Positions 6,382 through 14,556 of a stretch of 41,705 nucleotides of DNA are shown piece after piece. The notes under the pieces are model-generated. The model did not search any database. It saw only the letters and a program-made list of their open reading frames with translations, and was not told where the DNA came from. The stretch is from Candidatus Limnocylindria bacterium. GTDB taxonomy: Bacteria; Chloroflexota; Limnocylindria; P2-11E. Numbering within the stretch: position 1 is the first letter of the stretch; each line of letters starts with the position of its first letter. Location: NCBI GenBank assembly GCA_038324015.1, contig JBBQHN010000003.1:1-41705 (forward strand), written 5' to 3'. The position numbers were made by a program, and so were the translations under genes.

Positions 6382-9348
6382 CTAGGCGAACTCGATCTCC
6401 CACGTACCGATCTCAAATGCCTCGAGGGTCGCCGCCGCCGAGCCGTAGCGCAGCTCGAGCGGCGCCGCGGTCCGCACGACGTCGAGTCCGGTATTGCCGA
6501 GCTCGAGCTCGCCCTCGCGAAGATCGAGCGGACGTGACGTGCGGACCGGACGCGCGAAACGCAGGGTCGTGCGCGCGACATCCTTGCCTGGATTCACGAG
6601 CCGGATGACGATGCGATCCGGTGTGCGCGCCCGGATCGCGGAGAGCGTCACTGCGGGATCGCCGTCGAGGAAGCAGAACGAGCGCTCCTCGCCAGCGCCC
6701 GTGCCGAGCCAGGCCGGCGAGAGGAACTCGCGGATCGTTCGCGCGGCCTCAGGCACGCCGATCGTCTCGCTCAGCGGCACGACGCAGTAGCGAAAGGTCA
6801 TCTCGCCGAGGCACTGCGCGGACGGTGTCTCGAGGCGCGGGCCGGCGTCGCCCTTCCGCTCCGGGAGGTCACGGCGCGAGAGCCAGCCGACCGAGCGGAA
6901 CAATGTGACCGCGATGGCGCTCCCGTCGCTCTGGACCGAGTACTCGCGAAGACCGTCGGCCCCGACGGCGATGCCAGAGCCACCGGACCGCACAGCCACC
7001 AGATCGTGGAAGCAGCGCTCAGGCGTCGGCGGCTCGACCCAGCCGCGCTTGCGCGGGGCCCGGTTCGATCGCTCCAGCCAGGCGAAGCCGGCACCGGCCG
7101 TGTGCGTCGCGGTCCGCAGGCCGGTGTCGAAGACGACCTTCAGCCGGTGATCGCGTGCCGCGTTGGTGACGGTCGCGCTGACATCGACCTGCGATGCGCC
7201 CGCGTCGAGCGAGATGACGAATCGGACACGGTTGTCGACGAGCTCGGGCCGCCGCGCGAGACGGTCGTCACGGAGCGATGGCGGGAGCCGCAGCACGACG
7301 TCGACCGTGACGAGCGCGCGATCACCCTCGACGCGCGTCGCTCGCCGGCCCACGAGCCCCCTCGATCCGATCGTCGGACCGGCGTACGAGTACGTGTACA
7401 CGTCGCCGCGGTCGCCCTCGTCGATGAGCAGGTTCTGCCGCGGGCTCCGGGTCTCGGTCGCGCGATCGATCACGGTGAAGCTCCCGTCCTCTTCGACCTC
7501 GACGCGCAGCCGCTCGTTCACGATGACGCCGGCCTCGGGCGCGCTCACGCCGTCGGTCCGTGCCCGCACCGCCGGTGTGACGCCGAGCGGCGCACAGCTG
7601 ATCACCGTGAGGCGGCCGTTGATCGGCACCACCGCGTCGCGCACCCAGGGCAGGCCGCTCCACACCACCGGCGCGCCGCCGACGCCCGAGAGCGTCGTGC
7701 ACAGCTCGCTCACGACGCGCTCGCCACCGGCCTGCACCATGGCAAAGCGCGGCGTCATGTCCAGGTCGTGCACCGCGTCGGCCGAGCAGCCGCAGATCGA
7801 GTCGTGCGGCTGGTTCGCGAGAAGCGTGCGCCAGAGCGAACGGATCGTCTCGCTCGCCGTACCGCCCGCGAACGCGTCCAACGGCTCGCAGCGCTCCAGC
7901 AGCAGCCGTTCGCAGGCCGCGTTCTCCTGCTTGATCCACATGCGCGTCGAGTTGACCCCGCGGAGGATCGGCCGGTACTTGCCGGAGACCATCTCCCCGA
8001 TGAAGACCCCACGCGGCGCGGGCAGCGCGGCGACGAACTCCTCGAGCGTCGCGATGCGCGCCCTCGTCCGCGGCGCCACCCTGCCGATCGCGTCGACCGC
8101 GTCTGGGAGCGTCTCGAACGCCTGGGTATGGTCGTCATCGACCATGAACAGGAGCGCATCGCCCGCCGCGTATGGCGCGGTGGTCGCCATGATCCGCGGC
8201 AGCATCGCGCGCACACGGCGCGGGATGTCCGCGACCGGGGTGCCGCCATCGGCGACGAGACCGAGCGCGTTGTTGTAGTGGCCGACCTGGTGCGACGCGA
8301 CGACCCGGTCGCCCGACGGCGCTTCCCACTTGAATTCGCTCCCGAGCGCCACGCCCTCATCACCGACCCCGCGGGCGAACACATAGGAGTCGTAGCCAAA
8401 CCCGCGGAGGAGCTGCGGCATCTGCGCCGGGTGGCCGAATGGGTCTGCGACATACGCGACGCGCGAGGCGCGCCCGAGCGAGCCCGCGACGCGCAAGCCC
8501 TCCTGGAAGTTGCGGATCAGCGATTCACCGGCGACGAGGAGCAGATCCGCGAGGACGTACCAGGGACCGATGAGCAGCCGGTCGGCACGGACGAGCGCTT
8601 CGATGCGCGGCCGGTCCTCCGGCCGGACAGCGAGGTGATCCTCGAGCGGGATCGTCTGCCCATCGAAAGTGAATGAGCGGAACCGCGGCTCCCGCTCGAG
8701 CAGATCGAGCAACGCGGAGACCATCGGGACGAGCCGCCCACGGAACGCCTCGAAGCGCTCGTACCACTCCCGGTCCCAGTGGGTGTGCGGCACCACGAAG
8801 ATGCGCCACGGGAAAAGACGCAGCACCCACGCGACGATCGGCGGCGCCGCGAGCCCCCAGGCGATGCCGACGATCGCGCCGCCGAGGGCATCGAGCGGGT
8901 AATGCACGCCGACGAAGACCCGCGACAGCCCGACGGCCGCCGCGAGCAGGATCGCGAACGGGCGGAAACGCGGAAAGCACTGGCCGAAGGCGACGGCCGC
9001 GCCGAACGCCAGTGCCGTATCTCCCGACGGGAACGAGTAGGACGAAGGCTCGGGGATGATCGCGGGCAGCGCATCCGGGATCGCGAGGAACGGCCGCGGC
9101 CGCTGCACGATGCGCTTGATGGTCTCGGCCGTGGCCCACGCGAGGACCATGCCGATGAAGATCGTGAGCGCGACCCAGAGCCCGCGCCTGCCGCCGCGGG
9201 TGCGCCAGAGCACGATGCCGAGCAGCCACCACTGGAGTCCCTGGAAGTTCAGGTACGTGACGACGATGGCGACGACCGCGATGAGCGGATTCCGCGCCGA
9301 GACGATCGCCGTGTAGAGGTGCTGGTCGAACGCAAAGAGCTGATCCAT
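6382..9348 (-). CDS. Fusion: N-terminal membrane PAP2-family phosphatase + C-terminal GH38 alpha-mannosidase (MngB-like), ~988 aa
   Basis: PAP2: KRIVQRPRP (C1), FPSGD (C2 variant), SRVFVGVHYPLD (C3), about five hydrophobic helices. GH38: VPHTHWDREWY, FDGQ, IGPWYV, DPFGH, HDSICGCS. ATG at 9348 overlaps the DedA stop (TGATG). Confidence 0.9.
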   Translation of the reverse strand: MDQLFAFDQHLYTAIVSARNPLIAVVAIVVTYLNFQGLQWWLLGIVLWRTRGGRRGLWVALTIFIGMVLAWATAETIKRIVQRPRPFLAIPDALPAIIPEPSSYSFPSGDTALAFGAAVAFGQCFPRFRPFAILLAAAVGLSRVFVGVHYPLDALGGAIVGIAWGLAAPPIVAWVLRLFPWRIFVVPHTHWDREWYERFEAFRGRLVPMVSALLDLLEREPRFRSFTFDGQTIPLEDHLAVRPEDRPRIEALVRADRLLIGPWYVLADLLLVAGESLIRNFQEGLRVAGSLGRASRVAYVADPFGHPAQMPQLLRGFGYDSYVFARGVGDEGVALGSEFKWEAPSGDRVVASHQVGHYNNALGLVADGGTPVADIPRRVRAMLPRIMATTAPYAAGDALLFMVDDDHTQAFETLPDAVDAIGRVAPRTRARIATLEEFVAALPAPRGVFIGEMVSGKYRPILRGVNSTRMWIKQENAACERLLLERCEPLDAFAGGTASETIRSLWRTLLANQPHDSICGCSADAVHDLDMTPRFAMVQAGGERVVSELCTTLSGVGGAPVVWSGLPWVRDAVVPINGRLTVISCAPLGVTPAVRARTDGVSAPEAGVIVNERLRVEVEEDGSFTVIDRATETRSPRQNLLIDEGDRGDVYTYSYAGPTIGSRGLVGRRATRVEGDRALVTVDVVLRLPPSLRDDRLARRPELVDNRVRFVISLDAGASQVDVSATVTNAARDHRLKVVFDTGLRTATHTAGAGFAWLERSNRAPRKRGWVEPPTPERCFHDLVAVRSGGSGIAVGADGLREYSVQSDGSAIAVTLFRSVGWLSRRDLPERKGDAGPRLETPSAQCLGEMTFRYCVVPLSETIGVPEAARTIREFLSPAWLGTGAGEERSFCFLDGDPAVTLSAIRARTPDRIVIRLVNPGKDVARTTLRFARPVRTSRPLDLREGELELGNTGLDVVRTAAPLELRYGSAAATLEAFEIGTWEIEFA

Positions 9349-9983
9349 CAGGGCTTGCGGAGGTGACGCCAGATGAAAAGGCCGACCGCTGCCACGATGA
9401 CGGCGGCGATGATGTAGTCGAGCCCCGCAAGGTCGTGCTTGATATCGGTCCAGTTGGCACCGAGCAGCATGCCGCCCCAGACGAGGAGCATGACCCACGG
9501 GATCGTGCCGAGGATCGAGAACGCGACGAACCGCCAGAGCGGCATCCGCGCGATACCCGCGGGCACCGAGATGAACGTCCGCACGATCGGGAGCATGCGC
9601 GAGAAGAAGACGGTCGCGTCACCCCAGCGCTTGAAGTGGCGGTCCGCGACATCGAGGTCATGGGTCGAGATGAGCACGTACCTCCCGTATCGCTCGAGCA
9701 GCGGCCGGCCGCCGTAGGCGCCGACCGCATATGCGACGAGCGATCCGAGCGTGTTCCCGGCGACGCCCGCAATGACCGCGCCCCAATATGACCAGAGCTG
9801 CCCGGTCAGCGGCTCGCGTACCGCCTGCGCGACGGAGAACCCCGCCAGCGGCAGGATCAGCTCGCTCGGCACGGGGATCGCGGCGCTCTCGATGGCCATC
9901 GCGACGACGACGCCGAGGTAGCCGAACGTCGCGTAGGCCCGCTCCAGCAATGGCAAGACGTACGCGTCGATGGCCAGAAGCAC
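9348..9983 (-). CDS. DedA family membrane protein
   Basis: IESAAIPVPSELILPLAGF, GSLVAYAVG, FKRWG, FFSRMLPIVRTFISVPAG. GTG at 9983 chosen because the longer ORF-track start overlaps the divergent gene. Confidence 0.93.
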   Translation of the reverse strand: MLLAIDAYVLPLLERAYATFGYLGVVVAMAIESAAIPVPSELILPLAGFSVAQAVREPLTGQLWSYWGAVIAGVAGNTLGSLVAYAVGAYGGRPLLERYGRYVLISTHDLDVADRHFKRWGDATVFFSRMLPIVRTFISVPAGIARMPLWRFVAFSILGTIPWVMLLVWGGMLLGANWTDIKHDLAGLDYIIAAVIVAAVGLFIWRHLRKP

Positions 9984-10046
9984 CCCGTTATCATCGGGCC
10001 TGAGGCAGACGGGTGGGTCCGGAAGAAAAAGACCGGGGAGACGCCC
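9984..10046. promoter_or_regulatory. Short divergent promoter region with overlapping -10-like hexamers
   Basis: TATCAT on + (9989-9994). GATGAT on - (9990-9995), 6 nt before GTG 9983. GGGGAG SD before ATG 10047. Confidence 0.45.
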
Positions 10047-11252
10047 ATGCGCCACGCGACCGCTTCGGCCCTCGACGACCGGCTCCGCGACGGTCTCGCA
10101 CGCGTCGGGAGCGCAGATCTGCTCGTCGGGATACCGAGCTTCAACAACGCCGGCACGGTCGGGCACGTCGCCCGCACGGTGGCGGAAGGTCTCCGCGCGC
10201 ACTTTCCCGATGCGACACCCGTGATCGTCAACGCCGACGGCGGGTCAAAGGACGGAACGAGCGACGTGGTCGCGCGTTCGACCGGCGCTATCCCGACCAT
10301 CACCGGCGCGTACGTCGGTCCGCCCGGCAAAGGCTCCGCGTTCCGTGCGATCTTCGAGGTCGCGACCGAGCTCGGCGTACAGGCCTGCGCCGTGGTGGAT
10401 AGCGATCTCCGCAGCATCACGCCCGAGTGGATCAAGCGGCTCATCTCGCCGGTCCGCGAACGCAGCGCCGACTACGTCACGCCGCTCTACGCACGTCACA
10501 AGTTCGACGGCACGATCACGAACAATGTGGCCTACCCGCTCACGCGCGCGCTGTACGGCCTGCGCCTGCGCCAGCCGATCGGCGGCGAGTTCGGCTTCAG
10601 TCCCGAGCTGGCCCGCGACTTCCTCGATGGCACAGCGCTCGGAGGCACAGACGTCTGGACCACGGACGTCGCGCGCTTCGGCATCGATATCTACATGACG
10701 ACTACGGCGCTCGCGACCGGACGCCGCGCGGTCCAGGCGTTCCTTGGCGCGAAGATCCACGACCCCAAGGATCCGGGATCGGACCTGGCGCCGATGTTCA
10801 CGCAGGTCGTGAGCACGCTGTTCCGCCTGGCGATCGCGAACGCCGACCAGTGGAGGGACGTGCGCGGATCGAAAGCCCCGACGATCGTCGGCTCGATCGA
10901 CCCCGTCGAGCCCGAGGCCGTGAACGCGAGCGTGGACATCCTCCGGCAGAAGTACGCCGCCGGTCGCATCGAGCATCAGACGACGTGGGACGAGATCCTG
11001 AGCAGCCCGGTGCCGGATCACCTCGACGACGCGGCGTGGGCCCGCATCCTGTTCGACTTCGTGCTTGCGTCGAAGAAGCGGCCCGCCGACATCCAGCGCT
11101 ACGTCACGGCGCTCGTCCCGCTGTACTTCCTGAAGGTCGCCGCCTTCATCGATGAGGCGAAGGATCTCGATACGGATCACGCCGAAGCGCTCGTCGAGCG
11201 CCAAGCATCGACGTTCGAACAGCTGAAGCCCGAGCTGGCGAAGCGCTGGTGA
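10047..11252 (+). CDS. GT-A glycosyltransferase, glucosylglycerate/mannosylglycerate synthase (Ggs/Mgs)-like
   Basis: VGIPSFNNAGT, NADGGSKDGT, PGKGSA, VVDSDLRSITPEW, PLYARHKFDGTITN, LRQPIGGEFG, FGIDIYMT, KIHDPKDP: the pattern of single-step glycerate glycosyltransferases. Confidence 0.75.
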   Translation: MRHATASALDDRLRDGLARVGSADLLVGIPSFNNAGTVGHVARTVAEGLRAHFPDATPVIVNADGGSKDGTSDVVARSTGAIPTITGAYVGPPGKGSAFRAIFEVATELGVQACAVVDSDLRSITPEWIKRLISPVRERSADYVTPLYARHKFDGTITNNVAYPLTRALYGLRLRQPIGGEFGFSPELARDFLDGTALGGTDVWTTDVARFGIDIYMTTTALATGRRAVQAFLGAKIHDPKDPGSDLAPMFTQVVSTLFRLAIANADQWRDVRGSKAPTIVGSIDPVEPEAVNASVDILRQKYAAGRIEHQTTWDEILSSPVPDHLDDAAWARILFDFVLASKKRPADIQRYVTALVPLYFLKVAAFIDEAKDLDTDHAEALVERQASTFEQLKPELAKRW

Positions 11253-13357
11253 CCGTCGCCATGAAGGAGGATGGCCTCGTCCTCGTCACCGAGGACGACG
11301 GCAGCCTCCCGTTGGGTACCTCCACCGCGCTCGGGCTTTACTACCACGACACCCAGTACCTCTCGGGCTACTCGCTGCGCATCAACGGTCAGGCGCCGGC
11401 GCTCCTCTCGGCCAACACCGAGGAGAACTACGTCGGCGCGTTCCAGCTCGCGAACCGTCCCGCGACCCTCGAGGACGGGTCGATCCTCGCGTCCCAGTCG
11501 CTCTCCGTACGGCGCACCCGGTTCCTGGCCGACGGCCTGCGCGAGCGCGTCGGGATCCTGAACTGCAATCCGGGAAAGGTCCGGCTGCGCATCGAGCTCG
11601 AGTTCGACGCGTCGTTCCAGGACCTGTTCGCGGTGCGCGGCTACCGCGGGCTCGCGCGTACGACGGAGGAGACGCCGCTCGAGATCATCCCCAATGGCAT
11701 CCGCTTCTCGCGGCTCGGCCGCGACGCCGTGCGCCGCACCACCGACATCACGATGCGGCCCGCGCCCGACCAGATCAGCGGACGCACGTTCGTCCTCGAG
11801 CGCGAGCTCGCGCCACAGGAGATCGTGACCTACGAGCTGGCCGTCGTGCCGCGGGAGGACGGCGTGGGCGCGGCACCGGCGCCCCGCGATTTCGACGAGG
11901 CGCTCGACGCGTTGAACGCTCGCTACCGCAAGTTCCTGCGTGGCTGCGCGGCGTACACGACCAGCTCGGAGTCGCTCGATGACGAGCTCGTGCTGCGAAG
12001 TGCGCTCGATCTACGCGCACTCATCGACGAAGAGGAGACCGGCCTCTACGTGACCGCCGGGATCCCGTGGTACGCGGTGCCGTTCGGACGCGACGGGCTC
12101 ATCGCGGCCTATCAAACCCTGGCCTGGAACCCCGATATCGCGAAGGGCACGCTGCGCCTGCTCGCGAAGTACCAGGGCACCAAGGTGGACCGCTTCACCG
12201 AAGAAGAGCCCGGCAAGATCTTCCACGAGCTCCGGCGCGGCGAGCTCGCGCGCCTCGGTGAGGTCCCGCACCGTCCGTACTACGGCACGGTCGACGCGAC
12301 CCCGCTCTTCGCGATGCTGTTCGCCGAGACCGTGAAGTGGACGGGCGATCGGGTCTTGTGGCGCGAGCTGCTGCCGGCGGCCGAGCGCGCGATCGCGTGG
12401 TGCGACACCTACGGCGACGCGGACGGCGACGGCTACATCGAGTACGGCGCGAGCCCGAGCGATCTCCGCAATCACGGCTGGAAGGACTCGGCGAATTCGC
12501 TGTCCGACCCCGACGGCCAGCCAGCGGCGCTTCCCGCGGCGCTCGTCGAGGCGCAGGCGTACGTGTATGCGGCGAAGTGCGGCGTCGCGGACCTCTACGC
12601 GCTCGATGGCGACGACGAGCGCGCGGTAAAGCTGCGCGCCGAGGCCACAGCGCTCGCGGAGCGATTCGAGCGCGACTTCTGGATGGAGAACGAGGGCTGC
12701 TACGCCCAGGCGCTGGACGGGAATAAGAAGCAGGTGTCCGCCGTCACGAGCAACGCCGGGCACGCGCTCTGGGCCGGGATCGCGCGGCCAGACCGCGCGA
12801 AGCGCGTCGTCGAACGGCTCATGGCGCCGGACATGTTCAGCGGCTGGGGCGTGCGCACCCTGTCATCGACCTACCCGACCTACAACCCGATGAGCTACCA
12901 CAACGGCTCGGTGTGGCCGCACGACAACTCGCTGATCGCCCAGGGCTTCGTGCGCTACGGCTTCCGCGAAGAAGCGAACGCGATCATCGAAGCGCTCATC
13001 GAGGCCGGCAAGCGCTTCCCGAACGCACGCCTGCCGGAGCTGTTCTGCGGCTTCCAGCGCGACCTGCGGTTCTCGTCTCGACCAGCCGACTACCTCGTAT
13101 CGTGCATCCCGCAAGCGTGGTCCGCAGGGATGGTGTTCCTCTGTTTGCGGTCGCTCCTCGGTCTCGAACCGGACCTCGAGCGCCGGCGCGTCACGGTCGA
13201 CCCGGCGCTCCCGGTGTGGCTCGACACCATCGAGGTGCAGCATCTTCGCGCGTATGACTCGACCATCTCGTTCCGTGTCCGCCGTTCGGGTCGCAGCATC
13301 ACGGTGACCGGCGGCGGATCGCGCGTGGTGCGCGCACCCGCGCCGATCGCCACGTGA
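11249..13357 (+). CDS. Amylo-alpha-1,6-glucosidase / glycogen-debranching-like (alpha/alpha)6 glycoside hydrolase
   Basis: GLYYHDTQYLS, AGIPWYAVPFGRD, EEPGKIFHELR, YYGTVDATPLF, GWKDS, YHNGSVWPHDN, RLPELFCGF. GTGA overlap; alternative ATG at 11261. Confidence 0.88.
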   Translation: MTVAMKEDGLVLVTEDDGSLPLGTSTALGLYYHDTQYLSGYSLRINGQAPALLSANTEENYVGAFQLANRPATLEDGSILASQSLSVRRTRFLADGLRERVGILNCNPGKVRLRIELEFDASFQDLFAVRGYRGLARTTEETPLEIIPNGIRFSRLGRDAVRRTTDITMRPAPDQISGRTFVLERELAPQEIVTYELAVVPREDGVGAAPAPRDFDEALDALNARYRKFLRGCAAYTTSSESLDDELVLRSALDLRALIDEEETGLYVTAGIPWYAVPFGRDGLIAAYQTLAWNPDIAKGTLRLLAKYQGTKVDRFTEEEPGKIFHELRRGELARLGEVPHRPYYGTVDATPLFAMLFAETVKWTGDRVLWRELLPAAERAIAWCDTYGDADGDGYIEYGASPSDLRNHGWKDSANSLSDPDGQPAALPAALVEAQAYVYAAKCGVADLYALDGDDERAVKLRAEATALAERFERDFWMENEGCYAQALDGNKKQVSAVTSNAGHALWAGIARPDRAKRVVERLMAPDMFSGWGVRTLSSTYPTYNPMSYHNGSVWPHDNSLIAQGFVRYGFREEANAIIEALIEAGKRFPNARLPELFCGFQRDLRFSSRPADYLVSCIPQAWSAGMVFLCLRSLLGLEPDLERRRVTVDPALPVWLDTIEVQHLRAYDSTISFRVRRSGRSITVTGGGSRVVRAPAPIAT

Positions 13358-14556
13358 GGCAGAAGAAGCAGCGCGTCCTCTTCCTCCATTACACCGCGCC
13401 GTCGATCCTCGGCGGCGTCGAGCATGTGATGGGCATCCACGCGCAGGCCGCGAAGGACGCGGGCGATCGCGTCGCGATCGTCGCCGGACGGGGCACCGCA
13501 CGCGGGATCCCGGTCGTGATGATCCCGGAGCTCGACTCGCAGCACCCCGCGGTGCTCCGCGACCGGGCGGCGCTCGCGCGCGGAGAGGTCACACCGGAGC
13601 ATGCCGCGCTGGTCGCACGGATCACCCGCGCGTTGCGGCCACACGTACGTCGCGCCGATCGCGTGGTCGTGCACAACGTGTTCACGATGACGCTGAACGC
13701 CGCGCTGACCGAAGCGCTGTTCGCGCTGGCCGCTGAGCACGAGGGCGTGTTCGTCGCCTGGACCCACGATCTTGGCTGGAAGGACGGGCAATACACGGCG
13801 CAGCGGCATGAGGGTCGCCCGTGGTCCCTCTTCGCCACCGCAGCCCCCGGCGTCCGCTACGTCGCGATATCGGAGAAGGCCCGGGCCGAGCTCTCCGCAC
13901 TCACCGGTCTGGCGCGCGACAAGATCACGCTCGTGCCCAACGGGGTCGACCGCATCGCGGTGCTCGGACTATCGGCCCGCGGCGTGCGGCTCGCGAAGGC
14001 GTTCGAGCTCTTCGACGCCGATCCGCTGCTGCTGCTTCCGGTCAGGATGACGCGCCGCAAGCGGATCGAGATCGCGATCGATGCGCTCGCGATCCTGCGC
14101 ACGCGCTACCCGCTCGCAGCGCTCGTTGTGACGGGTGGACCGGGCGCGCACAACCCAACGAACGCCGCGTACGAGCAGGAGCTCAAGAAGCGGGCGGGGC
14201 CCGGCGTGCATCTCTTCCACACCGAGGGTGTCCGCCTGGGTGCGCGAGAGCTGGCCGATCTCTACGGCCTCGCAGATGCCCTCGTGCTGCCGTCCGAGAA
14301 CGAGGGCTTCGACCTCCCGATGCTCGAGGCGGGCCTGCGACGCATGCCGATCATCTGCACCGACATCTCGGCACTCCGCGAGGTCGCCGGCGATGACGCG
14401 ACGTACGTACCGCTGAGCGGTGATGGCAGGTCGTTCGCCGAGGCGATCAAGACTCGGCTTCTCGCCGACCCGATCGCACGGCTGCACCGGCGGGCGCGGC
14501 AGAACGAGTGGCCGAGGATCCTGGCCGAGCTCGTGCTACCTGTCATACACGGATGA
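13354..14556 (+). CDS. GT4 (GT-B) glycosyltransferase, MggS-like
   Basis: GGVE, WTHDLGW, VPNGVD, PVRMTRRKRIE, LPSENEGFDLPMLEAG (EX7E). GTGA overlap. Confidence 0.85.
   Translation: MRQKKQRVLFLHYTAPSILGGVEHVMGIHAQAAKDAGDRVAIVAGRGTARGIPVVMIPELDSQHPAVLRDRAALARGEVTPEHAALVARITRALRPHVRRADRVVVHNVFTMTLNAALTEALFALAAEHEGVFVAWTHDLGWKDGQYTAQRHEGRPWSLFATAAPGVRYVAISEKARAELSALTGLARDKITLVPNGVDRIAVLGLSARGVRLAKAFELFDADPLLLLPVRMTRRKRIEIAIDALAILRTRYPLAALVVTGGPGAHNPTNAAYEQELKKRAGPGVHLFHTEGVRLGARELADLYGLADALVLPSENEGFDLPMLEAGLRRMPIICTDISALREVAGDDATYVPLSGDGRSFAEAIKTRLLADPIARLHRRARQNEWPRILAELVLPVIHG

Noticed and set aside
9349-10202. ORF-track N-terminal extensions of PAP2-GH38 (to 9498) and DedA (to 10202); likewise coaD (to 25666), cNMP protein (to 29467), transketolase (from 33903), GpgS (from 14508)
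   Set aside because: The extensions overlap neighbouring genes and are compositionally junk. Downstream starts have stop/start overlaps, SD or -10 support.
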